Positions 1-13,531 of a stretch of DNA of 64,000 nt are shown in pieces (the first letter of the stretch is position 1; each line of letters begins with the position of its first letter). The notes beneath the pieces are model-generated. The model saw only the letters and a program-made list of their open reading frames with translations, had not been told where the DNA came from and searched no databases. The stretch lies in the NCBI RefSeq assembly GCF_052425735.1, contig NW_027558036.1, forward strand, positions 1,922,001 through 1,986,000. Direction: 5' to 3'. A program made the position numbers and the translations under genes. The stretch is from Oculina patagonica (lineage: Eukaryota).

Positions 1-1049
1 GAGAAAAAGCTAGAAAAGTAGAAACCGTAGCTCACTAACTGCTGTCAGTGAAATGGCACATCAGTAAGATCTGACGAAGGTGTAATCGAAGGATAGTTAA
101 TCGAGGGTACAGGAATAAGAAATTTAATCGCCACCGTGGAATAACCGCTAATCGCGGGTTGTTTCAATTGGCTGGGCAGCTGATTTTAAAATAATTATGT
201 TCACGTTGTAGTTAGAACAAAAATGTTGAACTCTTTATGAAATTTAAACGCAGTAAGTTAACTAATCTTGACTAGATAGATCAACTTTTTTTATCTTTTT
301 TGCCCAAAAAAGTTTTCGTTGTAGCGCCTTTAATATATCCTTGTTTTTCGTTTTGCAAACAGAACGTCAGGAACCAGACATTAACGTCAACTTCAAGACA
401 TTACTTGACAAATGGAATTCGTAATGATGTAAAACAAAACAAACAGTAATTTTCCCTAAAAATTAGAATGAAGAGCAGCTGTAAGGCATTGCAACTGGAC
501 TTCTCTGTGTGGAATATTTCGTATTTCCTCCCAGTTAAGTGGTTACGTTCCAACATTACAAGACAAGGAAAAGTTGCCATCTTCAGGTAATTTCAACTAC
601 AGTTCTCTTTTTTTGAATAAGAGTTTACTTTCAATTTATATAGGAAAACTAGACCGACAAAACCGTTTAAAACAAATGCAAGGCTGGTCAAACAGCTAGC
701 CCTGATGAAGCTAGATTGGAGTCAGTTGTCTTATCGAAATAATCAGATGGAATAAAGGGGTTGCGAATAAGGTATCAGCCTTACATAATTTCTTTTGAAG
801 TTTCATTTTTAATCCTAATCTTTGCAAGGATTCCGGCAACAATTTCAGTGATGCTGTTTGTTCAATTAGCCCTTCGTTGCATAGCAGAAGCGTAAACTTT
901 ATCCAAACATTCAATAGATAACGCATTTTCAACATTTTTAATTTATCTACCGCGCACAATACCGTCGCAACCGAATTTTTTCCACACTCAATCAAGAGAA
1001 ACTTTGAAAACGAGCAAAGAAAAATTCAAAAGGAGAAAGAACTGAGGTT

Positions 1050-4000
1050 TGCCAGTTCAACACATTCGCCCCTTTTAAGTCGAAATGGCTGATCATGACA
1101 TACCTCAATACACAAAGGAAGAACCACTCCTTTCGCCCTTTAAAGCATTCAAATTTTGTTTTTGCGAGATTGAAGGTGGCAAGTTATGAGTCTGTAAAAA
1201 TGCTTCACTGTTAGACAAGCGGTGAGCTAGTTATACAATGAATGTGGGCATTCTGTCGATTCATAACAGCGTTTAGCATTAGTTTAGTACCTGTTAAAAT
1301 TCAACATGGTTTTGCTCAAAACAACCTGTGATATAACGGAACAAAATGTGAAAATGGTACTTTTGGAAAATAAAATTAAACAAAAGGAAGACTTTCGAGT
1401 AAAGGGCTAATTAAAGGAACACAAGAAACAGATGTTGAAATTTTAAAACCTAGAGCGGGCTAGTCAACACTTTAAATTTGAATAATAAGATCGCGAATAA
1501 GGTCATTCTGACAAATTAAGCATTTTCACCTCTCATATGCACCTTCCGGTATTTGCGAAATATAAATTCAAACAATGCTTTATGCTTGCAAAGCCTGCAG
1601 TAAAACAAGAAACACTGACCTTCGCCAAAGAGTAGGAAGAAGAAAATCGAAAAGGCGCACATTTAAATTTTTGTTCCGAAAAGGACACCAACGAAAGTCC
1701 TCGGTAATTTTTTAAAACCATTCCTTAGATATGCGAAAACAAAAAATTAATCACTAGCTGGCCAGGCTCATGACTGCGACACAATAAAATGAGCTAAAAT
1801 GAAACTCAAGAAATTAACACCGATAGAAACAGCAACACCGGTACCTGCTCTTTCACGAAATCTAACTATATTTTCTAAGGTTCATTCCAACAGCTTAATC
1901 TTAACTCGAGAAACTGTTTGTAGCACAGACTACATCTTTTCTTTGTCCGAACATATTTTTTTAAGTATTCAGCCTCATCACACTCTCTCATAGCCGTACA
2001 GCTGGTACAGGCAAAGGGAAAGTGTTTCTTTCTTGCTTTCTTTTAACGATTTGCAAACCAGGCTACTTGCAGCAGCTATTAACTGCGGATAGTTCTGAAT
2101 TTATAATCATTGCATTCAGAAAAGACTCGACAATTAAGAAAGTCGTTCTAGGCCGGAAAGGAAATAGACGCAAAACAGAGTATAATTTGCGGTTGGAAGG
2201 CATGTGTTGTTTATAGTGACAGCCAGAATTTATGCTAGTTGCATGTTCCCTAACATTATTGGTCTAGCAAAATGTGGGTTTAAAATATAAGTGTTTATTG
2301 ACAAAGAGACTGCGACAACAGATGTCTAACACTTAATGGATGCTAATTTACCCCACAAAACAATGATCGCACCGGCGGGGGGTGGCCGAAAAAAAACAAA
2401 AAAAAACAAAAAAAAAAAACAATAAAAAACCAATAAGTTTTCTCAAGAATTCGGACTTTTTTCAATTTTATTTTTGGCTCCAAATGAAATATTGAATTAT
2501 CGAATGATTGTAAAAGAAAAACAATGCATTTTGTATAAAGACTGCAGGCGCGAAAAAATGTCGCGATTAACTCGAGTAGGTCGCTTGTTTATTTAAACAG
2601 ATGTTAAACAAATTCTCCAAATTCACAACATTTGTCGTAAAAGATGACAAAAAAGTGTGGAAATTACGTGTTGTGAAAATCGCAAAATTAAGTTGTCAGC
2701 TTTTTCCTCAGATCCTACGCACGAGCAAATCAACGGTTGAGAAAGAAAGAGGAAGTTCTTGAGGTTTGCGTTTCACCGCCTTGCTATCAATTTGTCGCCG
2801 CTTTGCTTTCTTGCACCACATGAAATATACTGTTCGTAGCTTGGAATTAGAAGTTAAAAGGCTGTAATCTAATGCAATCTTCAACAAAAGCGTGGGCGCT
2901 TTTCCCGTGAAGTAGTTTGTCGTGAATTTTCAACGTCATTATATTGCAATGGCTGAAATTCAATCCATCTCTAATGGACAATTTTACAAAACGTCCGGTA
3001 CAAAAGCAATCATTTTTTAAACTCTCCAAACATTTTCAAAATCCTACAAGACATGCAGATCAAGGTTTTTTTTAAAAGACATCGTCCGAGGTGCTTATAA
3101 TTCTTTCTCTCTGTGGCCCAATTCTTGTACGTATGCCATGTATAACGTCACAAACAAAACAAACATGCCAATCGGACATGAACGTCCAAGGCATTGACTG
3201 ACAAGTTAATTTATATGTAAAATGGAACGCATATGGTAAACTTCCCTAAACTTACTAAACTTACACTATTGCATAATGACCGGCAGCCGAACAAGATCTC
3301 AAAAACACTAAATTACCGGCAGTACGATCACGACGATGTTTTTTAATTCTTGTAAATCAAAAGAATTTAGCCAATCTAAAGTATGTCGATTCAAACGAAG
3401 AGCCTACTCTAGCTTTTTTTTATTCGAAGTGATTTATCATCCTCCGAAGATACTCCGAATGCACTCCGAAGATATTCCGAAGATTTTTCGAAAATTGTCC
3501 GAACTCCGAATATACTCTGAGAGATGGTTCTCCGACGATTGCAGAAAGAAAATCCAAAGATCCCCGAAGAACACTCGAACCTGAAAGTGAAAGAAGAACA
3601 CCCGAGGGATGCCGAAGAAAGTCGGGCACTTGAGAAGATTAGGGAAGGCTTTCAAGGATTCGTCTGAACATTTTGTTCGTGGGAACATTATTTCCTTTAG
3701 CTTCACTAAAAAGGAAGGGTTGGAGGATTCGGGAATGGTGACGTGCCATGAATTCGAAGTTTCGGATGCATAACATTTTTTTATGTCGCTTCGTTGTTAA
3801 GTTTTTATTCACAATGAAAGAAAAGCTGTTACGGAGAATTTCCCGTATTTAAGTCATTTCTATATTAAACCGTACTTAGCATGTTTATCATTTAAAAAAC
3901 ACTTAAAAAGCCAACAGCACCTAATTAGCCAAAAATAACCCGTTGATCTATTATTTTGGTCGTTTTATATAAAAAGGCGTGAGTTAAAATAATTAATTGT

Positions 4001-5575
4001 TCCTTTTTAGTTCCGAAGTTTTTGTGTTATTTATTTTTAGTAATAGCGGTTGTTTTGATTGAATACCGTACTAATTACTTAAGAGTTCCGCGCTTGTCGC
4101 ATTTCTAAAAAGTGTTACATTTTCTCAGTATTTAATTTAGTTTTCTGATTACTTTGCTAATTGAGTCTCGTGCCGATCTCGCCTCTGCTATTCACTTCAA
4201 TAGGATTAATTAACAACCTGTTGGTCGCTGACTCATCTTGTTTTAACTCTGAATACATTTGCTGACACATCTAGCTTCTTTAATTAATGTTTGGTTACTT
4301 AATTTACCAGAGGTGCGAGCGGTCGGCAAGAAACCGCTCGTTAACACTTTCTATCTATTCACTAGTTTTAATTTCGTTCGGTAGTTTTAATTTAGTGTTA
4401 TTTTAGTTGTAACTTTCACCGCCAAGCAACGAACACTTTTGACAATAAACTCGGAAAGTTGAGTTAGAATTTTTATTAGGTTGCGCTATCCTCAAAGGAC
4501 TTTATATTACTTTTCACATCTTGGTGTTAGCGCACTTATTATACTCGGTTAACAATAGACGCATGTACAAATCGTATATACCGTATTTACTCGAATAAGC
4601 GCCGCGGCGCTTATTTAATTTTTGGCGCCTCAGGTGCGGCGCTTATTCGAGGGCGGCGCTTATTTGAGGGCGGCGCTTATTAAAAATTTCGACGCCACCA
4701 AGAATCTAATCCTTTACATTAATTGAAATAACGTTTTTTGATTGTCACTATTCGCCTCTTGCTGAAGAAAGAAGTGGTGCTAGCTGTCCTAGCAAAGTTC
4801 ACGGCCTTCACAACATTTACAGAACTACGTATTGTAAGAATGTTGGACAGAAAAACTAATGGGCGAGCGGTAAAACAATCACTTTGAACTGCAAAACATC
4901 GCTTTTGATGGAAAGAAATATCCAAGTTTTGTTTTAGAGTTGCTTTGTAGTGCTGTTTTTAGTAAAAACGGATTTCCTTGAATAAGCGCCGCATCCGGAC
5001 TGCGGCGCTTATTCGGGAGCGGCGCATATTAACTTTTTTGTCCGAAATGCGGCGCTTATTCGAGGGCGGCGCTTATTCGGGGGCGGCGCTTATTCGAGTA
5101 AATACGGTAAGCAACCGCACTTGTTATGCTTTTTCGATTACATCTCTTGATTACATCTCTTGATTACATTTCTGATTACGGTTCGCTTACGAATAAACTG
5201 CTGTTGGAACCAAGCTGAGTTGTTGCTGTTGCTGTCCGTCCAGCTCGTGGTTAGATCCCGGTACCCAAGAGTGTAACGGCTCTTCCTTGCAAAGCGAGTG
5301 CCCCGTTTGAGTCTAATCTTCCCCGCAATTATCGTCACAGTTGTCTCGTTATCTCAAGTTCAGAGTTCGCCCGTTTCCCCGTACGCACACAAGGAAAAAC
5401 CCACCGTTACAAAGCAATCATCACTAGTCTTTGGGTGCACTTTGCAGTAAGAGATCCGATTGTCTTAGGTGAACTTTAGCCGGACTTAGCTGTCTCGCCC
5501 TGCTCCTAACAGGCGTAAGTCAACCAAGCGCGGTATTTATCTGAGCCGCGAGAAACTGACACGAGACTCGGAAAG
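1050..5575. repeat. Diverged long repeat block, paralogous to ~23720-27015
   Basis: Colinear similar segments read by eye: 1111-1300 vs 23765-23960, 1480-1580 vs 24140-24240, 1993-2340 vs 24958-25310, 2975-3250 vs 26365-26830, 5415-5575 vs 26860-27015. Boundaries approximate. Confidence 0.7.
4581..5107. mobile_element. MITE, Tc1/mariner (pogo-like), TA TSD
   Basis: TIR CCGTATTTACTCGAATAAGCGCCGC ... GCGGCGCTTATTCGAGTAAATACGG, flanked by TA at 4579-80 and 5108-09; repeated GCGGCGCTTATT subterminal motifs. Confidence 0.85.
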
Positions 5576-6311
5576 GTAAGAGGAACAGTGCTCACTGTTT
5601 GGAGCAGTCAGGGAGGTGAACATTGCAAGCATTAGCCCGTCGATCACTCGTGATCACTTAACAAACAAAATCTTCACAATGCCTTAGTTCTTTTTTTCTT
5701 CAGGTCATCATCGGCAGTCCTCAGTAGTCCTCAGTAGTCTTTGATTCTTCCTTGGGAATCTTCGGTTGATTTGGGTAAATAAAGAATAAAATTAATTTGG
5801 TTGAATTCTTCTCTAACATTTTCGCTCAGTATTTTGGCAAACTTGCTGCACATACACTGAATTAATTTTGGAAGCTTCTGTAAACAATTTCAGGCGGAAA
5901 AAGTCGACCATCAAGTATCTTTTTAAACCGCGCTGTGTTCTCTTCGGGAAGTGAAAGTTCTTCTCGGAGCTTCGGAGTTTGTTTTGAAATTTGTCAATTA
6001 AACAGCCGAATTCTGCCAGACGTCTTTATATAAGGCCTTCGCCGCCCTTTGTTTTAAAAAATGTTCTTCAGAGATGCAATTTTATAGCGACAAAAGAAGT
6101 CTCGAGAACGGATTTCGGGAGCCCGAGAACTCAAAAGCTTTCGCTCCCATCGCTTCGCAATTTGACACGCAAGTGTTGACAACGTGTTGACATCTTGCTG
6201 TCAACGCTCCAAGCGATAGCTAATCATATTTTTGCGTTTTGAGAGCAACGCATATTTCAAACGCTGTGGCTTGGCCGGTAGTCCCAATTTTTTTTTCGCT
6301 TCTCGCCTCAT

Positions 6312-6585
6312 TCTCGTCCCCATAGCCCTTTCGTTTCTCTTAGCCGGCTGGGCCTTGGCACGAGAAAACGAAGGGCTCTGGGGATACAGGATTGCCAGTC
6401 CTAGATTCTAGGACTTCCGGTCTTCATGTATGCAGTCATGACGTTTCAAAAGAATGTATGAGAGAGTAGTTACGTTTTCGACTTCCGTTAAGGAATTCTT
6501 TGTTCCAAAACAGCCAATCAAAAAAATGCGAATTTATAATTCAAGAATCATATGTCCCCTAATCCCTTCGTTTTCTCGTGCCAAC
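6312..6585. repeat. Short palindromic MITE-like repeat (related copy at ~50148-50225)
   Basis: CCCCATAGCCCTTTCGTTTCTC...GAGAAAACGAAGGGCTCTGGGG inverted arms; a similar unit recurs near 50150. Confidence 0.5.
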
Positions 6586-8095
6586 AAAAGTTCGAAATAA
6601 GTTCGAAATAACAACAAAAGTTCGAAATAAGTTCGCGGTCTAATATTTGTCGTTTTGTTTCGGATTCTAAGCAAAACCCTGGGCTGCACATGGCTTGAAA
6701 TACGGCGGGTCGCCAAACATTTTAAACCTCGGACTCCTCAAGAAAGCTCCGGTATCCAGACGAGTGTACACATTTTCTTTAGGATTTTGGTGAGTCATTG
6801 AAGAATATCGAAAATAAACACGCCAAAATGTTTTGCCTTTGTAAGCATACATGTACGTTGTGAAAAAAATGCGTAACAATGATTTTTCGGGCCGGTTTCT
6901 TTATTTTTTTCTGGTGAAATAACCATACGTGATCACTATACATACCTGAAACGCATCAATAAAAACGTGTTATTCTCAGTCGACTTTAATAGTAGTTTTT
7001 TTTGGACTTAGTAGGAGTAGATTTTTGCATTTTAGAAAAAAAAAATTGTATTCAAATAATTCAGACAGACTGAAGCGGCTAATTCGATTAAAAATAAAAC
7101 ATCAGTTGGCTCCACGCAAAGGATTTTAATACATAAGTGAAGCGGACAGTAAATGTTCAACACAATCTTCAGTGAACAAGATCATCACAATGTTCCCCAA
7201 GTCATGAAGGAAAATAAGGCTATTAATTCTGTAAATTTAGTGAAATCTAATGGAATTCCTTCTGCAGCGTCGAACGACATGAAATTTAATCTCGGGAAGA
7301 AATTTATCACGTGCTAGGCAACTACGACGAAGGTCCAACTGATAGAACAAATATTCACGCTTTCGCTTCATTTTACAAGCTTTTACGCCTTCCGCATTAA
7401 TTTATATAAAGCTGAGATTATTGGAGGCGATTTTTATTTATTTATCAAGTATTCTCAAATATAATGGTTTATTACAAAGAAGAAACATATCATAGCATTG
7501 GAATTCAATACCGGTAGTCTCCGTCTTTTTAATTAATTTGTCAACATTTCAACGATTTGCCTTAGCACAACGAAGGTATTTTGTGAAGTAAAAAAAAAAA
7601 TAACAAGCGAAGGAATAATAGTAAATAAAAATTGCTTAAAGGATATGTGTCCGGACAAGGTGTCTGAAGTTGAAGTTTGACTTGTCAAGTCCCCATATAA
7701 ACGCTGCTGTTATTTCAAAGCCGGTCTTCGTGCTCTACTAAAGATCCGCAAGGAGACAGAGTTAGCATTTTTCGTTTGCTTTCACAAAAGTGAAAAGAAC
7801 GTACCTTGACAGCGTCTGGAAAAGAACATACCTTGACAGCGTCTGAAAACTAGTTTCGATATCTTTTTTTTTATTTTTTTTTTTTTTATTGCAATTACAA
7901 AAAAGAACATTAATTACACAGTAAAGTTACATACAATTTAGGAATAGGAAAAAAAGAGAAAAAAAAAATAATAATAAAGTTAATTAATAAATATGATATA
8001 ATTACAATTCACTATTACAATTCTCAAGTTATTACACACACAAAGATAGCCTTAAGGATAGTAACATTTGAAATAATAACAATAATACATTTTTA

Positions 8096-11000
8096 TTATA
8101 TAGGTTTAATTATCCATTTTTTATTAAAATATTCTTTTTTTGTGATTTTACTTTCTATTTCATACTTAATTTTAATTTTGGCTTTAAACCCCTCAATTTT
8201 AGGAAGGGTTTGACTTCTTCTGCAGTCCCACAAGAACAATTTTTCAATAATTATGAAGTAATTTAATAGATCAAGTAAAGGGCATTTTTCCGTAAATATT
8301 CCAAATAAAACATCTTTTAGGGAGAGGTGGATTTTCTGTTTTGATAGTAGGTGCCAGTATGATGCAAAATCTGTCCAGAATTGTCTAGTGTGGGAACAGT
8401 TATAAAAGAAATGATTTGAGGTTTCTGACTCAGTTTTACAAAACGTACACAAATCATTGCTTCTGTAACCAATTTTAAGTAATTAAGTATTCGTATAAAA
8501 AATAGAGTTTATAACTTTATATTGGAAAGCTTTAACATAAGATTCAAGTGCAACAGAATGTGGTAATAAGAAGATTTGATTGATTTGGTCGATTGTGAAA
8601 TCAAAATCCCTCTGCAATTTGAAGGTGATATTGGGAGGTTGAGCCTTTCTGGAAACAAGTAGAGAATAGTAATCTTTTGATCTTTTTTGTTTAATATCGA
8701 ATATGTTATTCTCAAATGTAAAAGAGGGAGATAGGGTTGATAATGGTACATTCGCAATCCTTAGCTGTGAGGGTATAGAGTGTCGGAGGCCTGCCCACTG
8801 AAGAAAATTGGTTTTGTTAATCTTGTTCGAGAAGTGAGTGAAGGCAACGTTAATATCCCGGTCAAAAAGAAGATCATGCGTGTACGTGATTCCTGCCTCG
8901 CGATAATTTTTGAAATAAACCGGTTTTTTATCGATTTTTATGTCTTTATTATTCCAAATAATGTTTTGATAATCCTTTTCTTCAGCAAAGGTATCGCGAA
9001 ATTCTGACCACCATTGCAGAAGTTCGTAGTAAAATTGAGAGGATAAATTGAAATCTTTCACATCATAGTTACAACTGAGAAAGAAGATCCCCCCAACGTG
9101 CTCTAACAGATAAAGAAAATATCTCTTCCATGTAGCAGTTGAATCATTAAATACTCTCTGTAGCCATCCTAACCTCAAAGATCTAATCATGCAATCAACA
9201 TCTATCATTTTTAAACCGCCCCTCTCATATTCGTTTATTACAGACACACGAGTTACTTTATCTACACCTTTCCACAGAAACTTGAAAAGCAATCGATTCA
9301 GTTCACTTACTACTTCTGTTGGTGTTGGTAATATCGAGCAAACATAAACAAACTTCGAGATCAAGAAGGATTTGATTATTGTTATTTTACCATAAAGAGA
9401 TAGGCCTCTCGAGGACCAGATATTAATAAGCTTTTTGATGCTGTCAAGTCTTTCGATAAAATTCTTCTCCTTTAGAAGTTTCGGATCGTATGTGAAATAA
9501 ACTCCTAAAGCTTTGATCGAGGTTTTAGGCCACTTAATGCCGAATGGTTCTTCCATTTTTCCTCTAAATGAACCAATCCACATACCTTCCGTTTTTGAGG
9601 AATTGATATTGAGGCCAGAAATGTTTTGAAAAAGCTCCATCAGTTTAAAGAGTGATTTTGCTGAATCGACATCGGCTAATGTTGCAGTTGTATCATCAGC
9701 ATATTGCAGGACTTTTGTTTCCTCTTGTCCAATAACAATACCTTTGATATCAGGGTTCTGTCGAATGGCGATTGCCAGCGTTTCTACCGCAATTACAAAA
9801 AGGTATGGAGATAGAGGATCTCCCTGTCGAACGCCACGTTCAAGTGGGAAGAAGTTTGAAGTTGATCCATTGTTTATGATACAGCTTTTTATGTCTTTGT
9901 AGAAAACTCTAACCCAGCGAATGAAGTCTGGACCGAAATTGAATTCTTCAAGACATTTTAAGAGAAATTCCCATTCAACACTATCAAAGGCCTTCTGAAA
10001 ATCGATAAAAACCATTAAACCGGGAATATTTTCCTTTGCAGTGATATCCATAATATCGTAGATAGATCGTATTATTTCGCCTATAAAACGATCTTTTACA
10101 TATCCAGTCTGATTTTGATGAATTATATCAGGAAGAACATTTTTTATCCTCCATGCAATTGCTTTAGTCATAATTTTTGTATCTACATTTACAAGAGAGA
10201 TAGGGCGCCAATTTTCTAGAAGCGAACGATCTTTCCCTTTTTTTTCAATAAGAGTGATGACAGCTTGTTTTTGAGAGTTAGACATCTCACCTTTTTCAAA
10301 ACATTCATTGACACATCTAATAAAGCTATCCTTAAGTACCGCCCAGAAGGTTTTATAGAATTCGATGGGGATACCATCATTTCCTGGGGTTTTATTAAGA
10401 TCAAAGCTGTTTAGAAGGCGAAAACATTCCTCTGATGAAATGGACCCTTCGCATTGCTTTTGCTGTTCTTCAGATAATTTTGGAATAGTTAGATCGTTTA
10501 AGAACGCAGAGATTTTTTGTGTAATTTCTGGATCGATGTTTTTACTCTTATAGAGGTCTCGATAAAAGCGTTCCTGCTCCTTTAATATACAAAACGGATC
10601 TGTCTTAATTACGCCACTAATAAAAAGTTTTCGTATATGTTTCTTTACGTGATTTCTTTTCTCCAGATTTAGAAAATATTTCGTGCTTTTTTCCCCGTAT
10701 TCATGCCAGCGGGCACGCGCTCGTATAATAATTCCTTTGGTTTTTTCTTCGTAGAAGGTTTCCAATTTTTCCTGAACAGCCTGATATCGTGATGCGTTTG
10801 AGTCACTTGGTGTCGTTTCAAGTTCTTTCTTTGCCTTACTTAATTCTTCTTGTAGAGTTTTTTCCTTCTCATTCCTTTCCTTTGATTTTCTCTTGGAGAA
10901 ATTTATTGCGTGAGCCCTTATATTGTATTTAATCCAATCCCAGACACTCCGATGGTCTGAAAGTTCCTTTCTTCCCTCTGCAGCCCAAACTGGCAGCAGT

Positions 11001-11819
11001 TCTGTTACACTGTTTACATACGCATCATCCGCTAACAACGAGCAGTTTAATTTCCAATATCCAGGACCCTTTAGCTCATTTTCTAGCTTTCCAATTTCTA
11101 GCGAAATTGCGTCATGGTCTGTCCTAATAGCGGGAATTATCTCAGTCGATCTCACCATGTCAAATAAATTGTTAGATATCAGATAATAATCAAGTCGACA
11201 AAATATTCTTGGAGATTTTTGACTCCAGGTGAAACTCTTTGTATCTGGGTTTTTGATTCGCCATATGTCTACCAAATCAAGTTGACTTTGTAAGCATTCA
11301 ATACAATTAGTAACTGATTTTCTTTGGAGCAGCACGCCCCCTTTTTTGTCAAGTTCAGGATTTAATGGACAGTTGAAATCGCCTCCTATGATGATATTTT
11401 CTTCTGATTCTAGGTTTTCTTTTTGTAAGATTGCAAATAGATTTTTGAAGAAGGTTATAAGATCTTTATCTTTGTTTGGAGCGTATATGTTAATTAACAC
11501 ATACGTTCTATCTTTGATGACAGCTTTTACAATGATATAGCGCCCCATAGGGTCAAGAATCTGCTGATGAATAGAACAATCAAATCCAGCTTTAATCATG
11601 ATTGCGACTCCACGTGCGTTAGAGCTTCCGTGGGATGTTATGATCTCTGCACCCCATTCATTCTTCCATTGTGTTTCTGTTTTAACTGTGGAGTGTGTTT
11701 CTTGCAAAAATATTATGTCTGCTTTGCGTTTTCTGCACCAAGTGAACATTTGTTCTTCTTTTTTGAAAATTGCTAATGCCCTTTACATTGAGCGATACTA
11801 ATTTAAAAACATCCGCCAT
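8096..11819 (-). pseudogene. LINE ORF2: AP endonuclease + reverse transcriptase + C-terminal zinc-binding region, disrupted
   Basis: Motifs SLNVKG, LQETH, GGDFN, RLDY, TDH (APE); PGNDG, WRPISL, IDFQKAFD, QGDPLSP, YADD (RT); CTFC..E..H..C. Probable true start ATG GCG GAT at 11819 with a +1 frameshift near 11750; in-frame TAA at 8483-8485 (YTNT*LLKIGY). Confidence 0.92.
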
Positions 11820-12155
11820 TTAGCATATCTGATTTGATCTGAAGTTGGAAACTGCAGAAGAAGCCAAAAAGAGAGAGAGAAAAAAAACCTATGGTGACGA
11901 AAAAACATCTTAAGAGTAAGAGAATAAATTATCTTCGAAATCAAAGTAATATAAAGAAAAACTGTTAAAGAATGTGCGCATTGAAAATAACTGAGATTTG
12001 CAGGCGTTGATTGGGGCCTATCAGTAGTAAAATCGAATTTATAATTAATTACCGCGTCGCCGTATACAAGAAAATAATTTATACAAACTACAAATAACGT
12101 AAATACACAAAATGTTTCTCTACCGTGCATTTGAGCTCATCAGCCCTCAGTCTGC

Positions 12156-12954
12156 CTAAACTGTGCTATTCATAATAAGTCCATAGTAAGGAAGATTATC
12201 GGTCTCCGCACCCCTATATACTTGTCCATTAATAATTAGCTTGTCAACTTTGAAAAAAAAAACTGACTGTTTCCCTTGTTTGGCTTTCTTTAGTACTGGG
12301 TACAGTTTCTGATGAATTGCATCAATCTCTTTGGGATAGTCGTGAGAAATTCCTATTCCGGTACCCTTCAATTTTTTAACCTTTGACATTACGTACTCTT
12401 TATCCTGATAGAAACTAAATTTGGCGATTATCGGCCTAGGCTTAGTACGTGTTTGCGAGTTTCGCCGAGTTGGTAGGCGATGCACCCGGTCAAAGCGAAT
12501 TTCATTCATATCTTCTCTTATTATTCCCAGTTTCTCTTCCATCATATTTCTCACTAAATCTTCAGTTTCTCGCGGTGTCTCACCTTCTGTTTCGTCGAGA
12601 TTAAATATCTTTACGCTTTCCCTTCTCGTATAGGCCTCTAGTTTGATGTTTCGGCACTTTATCTGCTCCATCTCCTTTCTAAGTTTTCGCACCTCTTCGC
12701 TGTCTTGTGCTTGTTGCGTGCATAAACTCGCCACGCTGGGTTTTAGTTCTTGTAGTTCTTTCTTCGTGTTTTCTGCCGCCTTCTTTAATTCTTTGTTTTC
12801 ATCTTCAATGGTTTTTAGACGATCCTTCAGAGTAGCAATTTCGGAAAACAAGTCCAGCAGTTTATCCATCTTGGCCTCCAAATTAGCCAGCCTTCCAGAA
12901 GCTTCGCACCAATGGTCGCCATCACACTCTTCATCCGTTTGAGAACCGGTAGAT
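12156..12954 (-). CDS. LINE ORF1 body (coiled coil + RRM + CTD, L1 ORF1/Transposase_22-like); N-terminus displaced to 21176-21246
   Basis: Coiled-coil region followed by EAYTRRESVKIFNL, RVHRL, PRPIIAKF, GIGISHDYP, DKLIING. Confidence 0.85.
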
Positions 12955-13031
12955 TTTGCCTTCACTACACAATCAAACACACAACACCGCTATAAGGCAT
13001 GGGCGCGTTGGTCAGCCAAGCCCAAGATAGA
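12953..13031 (-). repeat. Split direct repeat B2 (79 bp)
   Basis: Same sequence as 13431-13509. Confidence 0.95.
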
Positions 13032-13257
13032 CATTTATTGACACATCAATAAGATACAGGAGTCATAATTAGAAGATATAACTGTTAGCTTACATGCACC
13101 ACAGCCGGACACGTAAACCCTAAAAAACCCGCTACGGGAAAAAATAGGGACCGTGTACCCCCAACCAATGCTATGGCGCGACCTTTGGGGTTTTAAGGTT
13201 TACAACAATTTTGCAAAAGAAGCAAGGTAACAAATAAATAAACAGATGAAATAATCT

Positions 13258-13509
13258 AAACAACGTAGTGTGAAGCCGAGGAAGGCTGACCGTAGAATGT
13301 CACAACTTTCTCAACGGACACTTTTCAAACCGCCTAACCGTGAGGCCTCACGCACTACCCTCGCCCCAGTTTTCTGATACGTGTCGGCAAAATATTAATT
13401 TATGTTAATCAGGACCAACACAAATTACATATTTTGCCTTCACTACACAATCAAACACACAACACCGCTATAAGGCATGGGCGCGTTGGTCAGCCAAGCC
13501 CAAGATAGA
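13258..13509 (-). repeat. Internal B1-A2 junction of the split direct repeats
   Basis: 13258-13430 equals 21004-21176 (173 bp); 13431-13509 equals 12953-13031. Confidence 0.95.
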
Positions 13510-13531
13510 AAGTAAAAGAAAGGGCTTGAGC

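Noticed and set aside
60-760. Hammerhead-like CTGACGA/CTGATGA...GAA motifs at ~71 and ~702
   Set aside because: Stems and the core are too degenerate to support a ribozyme call.
3336-3706. Overlapping short ORFs in the TCCGAA-rich region (also 23315-23602)
   Set aside because: Products of short repeated motifs; no domain signal.
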